Of a stretch of DNA of 64,000 nucleotides, positions 61,056 through 64,000 are shown in pieces. The notes under the pieces are model-generated. The model saw only the letters and a list, made by a program, of their open reading frames with translations, was not told the DNA's origin and did no database searches. How positions within the stretch are numbered: position 1 is the stretch's first letter; the number at the start of each line of letters is the position of its first letter. The position numbers and the translations under genes are program-made. This stretch comes from Chrysomallon squamiferum (Eukaryota > Animalia > Mollusca): NCBI GenBank assembly GCA_012295275.1, contig CM022674.1:15128001-15192000 (forward strand), given 5' to 3'.

Positions 61056-62425
61056 ATAATAATAATAATAATGGATTAATAATAATATTATCATACGCAT
61101 GTTTACAAAGACAAAAAAGTACTGAAAGAATATCTAACATTCTAAGAAAATGATAAAATAACAATAAATGAATGATAGAATGAATGAAAGTAGAGATGAA
61201 CAGAAGAAAGCAATTAAGAAAAAATACAGTAAGGAAAGAATTAAAGAAAGAAAAAGAAAGAAAACACAGAAGAAAAAAAAATATAAAAAAAAAGAAAAAG
61301 AAAAGGAAAATAAACAAAAACAACAACAAAAAAAAATATGAAAAAGGAAGGAAAACAAAACAAAAAAAAAAAAAATGTGGAAATGATCCAAATAAAAGAA
61401 AAAAATTAATTAATTAAAAGTGAAAACAAATTATTATTTCTTCACTGATTTATTAGTTTGATATACTGTTTTTAATATTCTTTTTATTTTTTATTTTATA
61501 GATCATTTCTTATGTTGTACACACACAAAAAAAGATTAGTTCCAGCAATAAGAAATATGATTCACAATAATCATGTATTCTGATAGCCATCATGTTTGTA
61601 ACATATATTTTTCACCATCTTTTTCATATGTATCAAAATAAATTGCATGGCGGGTACAGAATATCATAAAGATGGGGAACCCTCTAGACGTTACCAGTAT
61701 TTCTTTCCACAAACACACGAACTGGAAACCCCACCTAGAATTCTTCCCTTGTAAACTGATCTAGCTGTTCGTTCCATGCTTTCGAGATTTCCTATCAAAC
61801 CTCAGATACATTTCACAAAATGGCGTCATCTCTACTGCGAAAATACAAAAGAGCACACACAAAAAATATCAATTTAATCTTGCAATGATTTATGAAATAC
61901 CTCTGTAAGTTAGTTCCAATTTGCATCCAGTATAATTTCAATCTGACGAATCTTTTTTTTTTTTCTGTCCTGTTTTTTCTCTTTTCCCTGCGGCTGTTTT
62001 TGTAAGTGATTACTGAAGTGAGCCATTTTTTTACTAAATAGCCTCCTTTTTTTTTTTTTTTTTTTTAATGTCGAAATTTCAAGATTTTTATATCAGTGAT
62101 ATGACTCAGTGTTCGAGCGATAACCTGAAGATTTATAGATCGACCCTCCCCGACTTGTCAGTCCATGCTCAAATACCAGTCTCCGCAATATCAGAAATCA
62201 ATTGATTCAGAAGATCACCTTGTAGTTTACCAGCTTCCAACAGAAGATGAAGAAGAAGATGAAGAAGAAGAAGATGATGAAGAAGAAGATGATAGTGATG
62301 TCGAAGAATAGGAAAAAAAAAATAATAATAATTTAAAGGAGCCAAATGGCAAAATATCTTTCATTGTAAAGAAATAAAATATTAACATACATATATATCG
62401 TTTTTCAAAACACACGAAATCTTGT

Positions 62426-62507
<82 letters not shown>

Positions 62508-62877
62508 GTATGAAGAAATAAACAAACATATAATCACACATTACTTGAACCTACGTGGTTATTTCTAGATTCAGAAGCAGGAAAACAACTACAGCAACAA
62601 ACATCACAAGTATGTCAACTGTCACTTACAACCGGTGTGAGCGGCGATTAGCGGAGAAAATAAGAAGTAAATTAATAATGACTGTAATCTCTTTTCTCTC
62701 GGTTCATTGTTGTTCGCAGACATCACACGTCAAATCGGAAACTGCGGAGACGCGGGTTTTGGAACCGGACTTCTGGTCAAGACGTGTCTCAGTGTCGTGT
62801 CTGGGGGTGAGCAGACATTCCCCCTTTCCTCATATTTTTTTTTTTTTTTTTTTATGAAACCTGATTTCTACTACTAG

Positions 62878-63179
62878 TTGTTGTTGTTGTTCTTCGTCGT
62901 CGTCGTCTTCTTCTTCTTCTTCATCTTCTTTTTCTTCTTCTTCTTCTTCTTCTTTTTCTTTCTCTTCTTCTTCTTCTTCTTCTTCTTCTTCTTCTTTTTT
63001 CTCCTTCTTCTTTTCATCATCATCATCTTCTTCTTCTTCTTATTCTTCATCTCCTTTTATTTCTTCTTCTTTCTCTTCTTTTTCTTCTTCTTCTTCTTCT
63101 TTTTCTTCTTTTTTCTTCTTCTTCTTCTTCTTCTTCTTTTTCATCTTCTTCTTCTTCTTCTTCTTCGTCTTATAATTAC

Positions 63180-63237
<58 letters not shown>

Positions 63238-63240
63238 TAT
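62878..63240. repeat. Compound (TTG)n-(TCG)n-(TTC)n-(ATT)n trinucleotide repeat
   Basis: Direct reading. Confidence 0.93.
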
Positions 63241-63857
63241 AATTAAATTCATTATTTCTTCATATCTCCTATCTGCATAATTACACCTCTTCTTTTCCGA
63301 TGCTATGAATCCATCCCAATTTCATTTAAATAAACCAGAAACTTAGATTCTGATAAATATTACATCTTCTCCAGCTAATACATATGTAATGGATTCGCGT
63401 TTCCATACTAGATAAAAATCAGAAATATTATTCTGCATTTATTTTCTTGTGTTCTTTCTTTTTTCTTACTGTAACACTGACATTTAGTTGTTTAAATTCT
63501 TATACCAGTCATTTTAAGCACAAAACACAGTTCATCTAAACTGTACATCTTCAGCAACTATAAGCACGTAATTACACAAACATAATATCAGTTACGTAGT
63601 TAAACGTATAATTCGCTGTGTGTAACTACATCTACGTCATTCGTAAGTGGCAGTATTCATGTCAGGCCATCCACTGCACATGCGTATTTAATATAAAGAA
63701 GTACACGTGCAAATTAAACTGCCGTTATTTGTTTTGTTAAAAGTATAATTTACTGTATCTAATCTCTAGAATCAGATGGACAGAGATAGGGCAGATCTCG
63801 TAAATATTTGTCCATAAAAAGAGATGAATGTAGTGTTTATGTGTTTTCCCATTTAGT

Positions 63858-63914
<57 letters not shown>

Positions 63915-64000
63915 CAGATTAATAATTTCTGAACGGGGAAACTACATCGTTTTACAAAGTTATTAAATATTAATTTTACCTATAAATGAGAAATGTGTTT

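Overview
AT-rich, microsatellite-dense eukaryotic (animal, probably molluscan) genomic DNA; no prokaryotic features. One complete protein-coding gene can be rebuilt by hand on the minus strand: a cationic amino acid transporter of the SLC7A/CAT (APC) family. It has 7 coding exons (51998-51890, 49131-49012, 47407-47212, 40318-40204, 39279-39142, 38505-37125, 34591-34476), all introns GT-AG with matching phases, and a 2175-nt CDS giving 724 aa. The protein has divergent substrate-site motifs and a long acidic loop. Around it are an overlapping Trp-rich uORF, a candidate leader exon with a 42-aa uORF flanked by AARE-like motifs, and a dense TGACGTCA cluster. The left half holds one well-formed orphan exon (3419-3313, minus), a promoter-like CpG island (~22.5 kb), decayed SINE/RTE fragments and degenerate minisatellites. 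The oddest sequence is a GC-rich insert in a (GA)n tract at ~12.2 kb, where five blocks repeat exactly and in order but with different linkers; it is either a new structured element or an assembly artefact. Nearly all other ORFs in the track are microsatellite translations.
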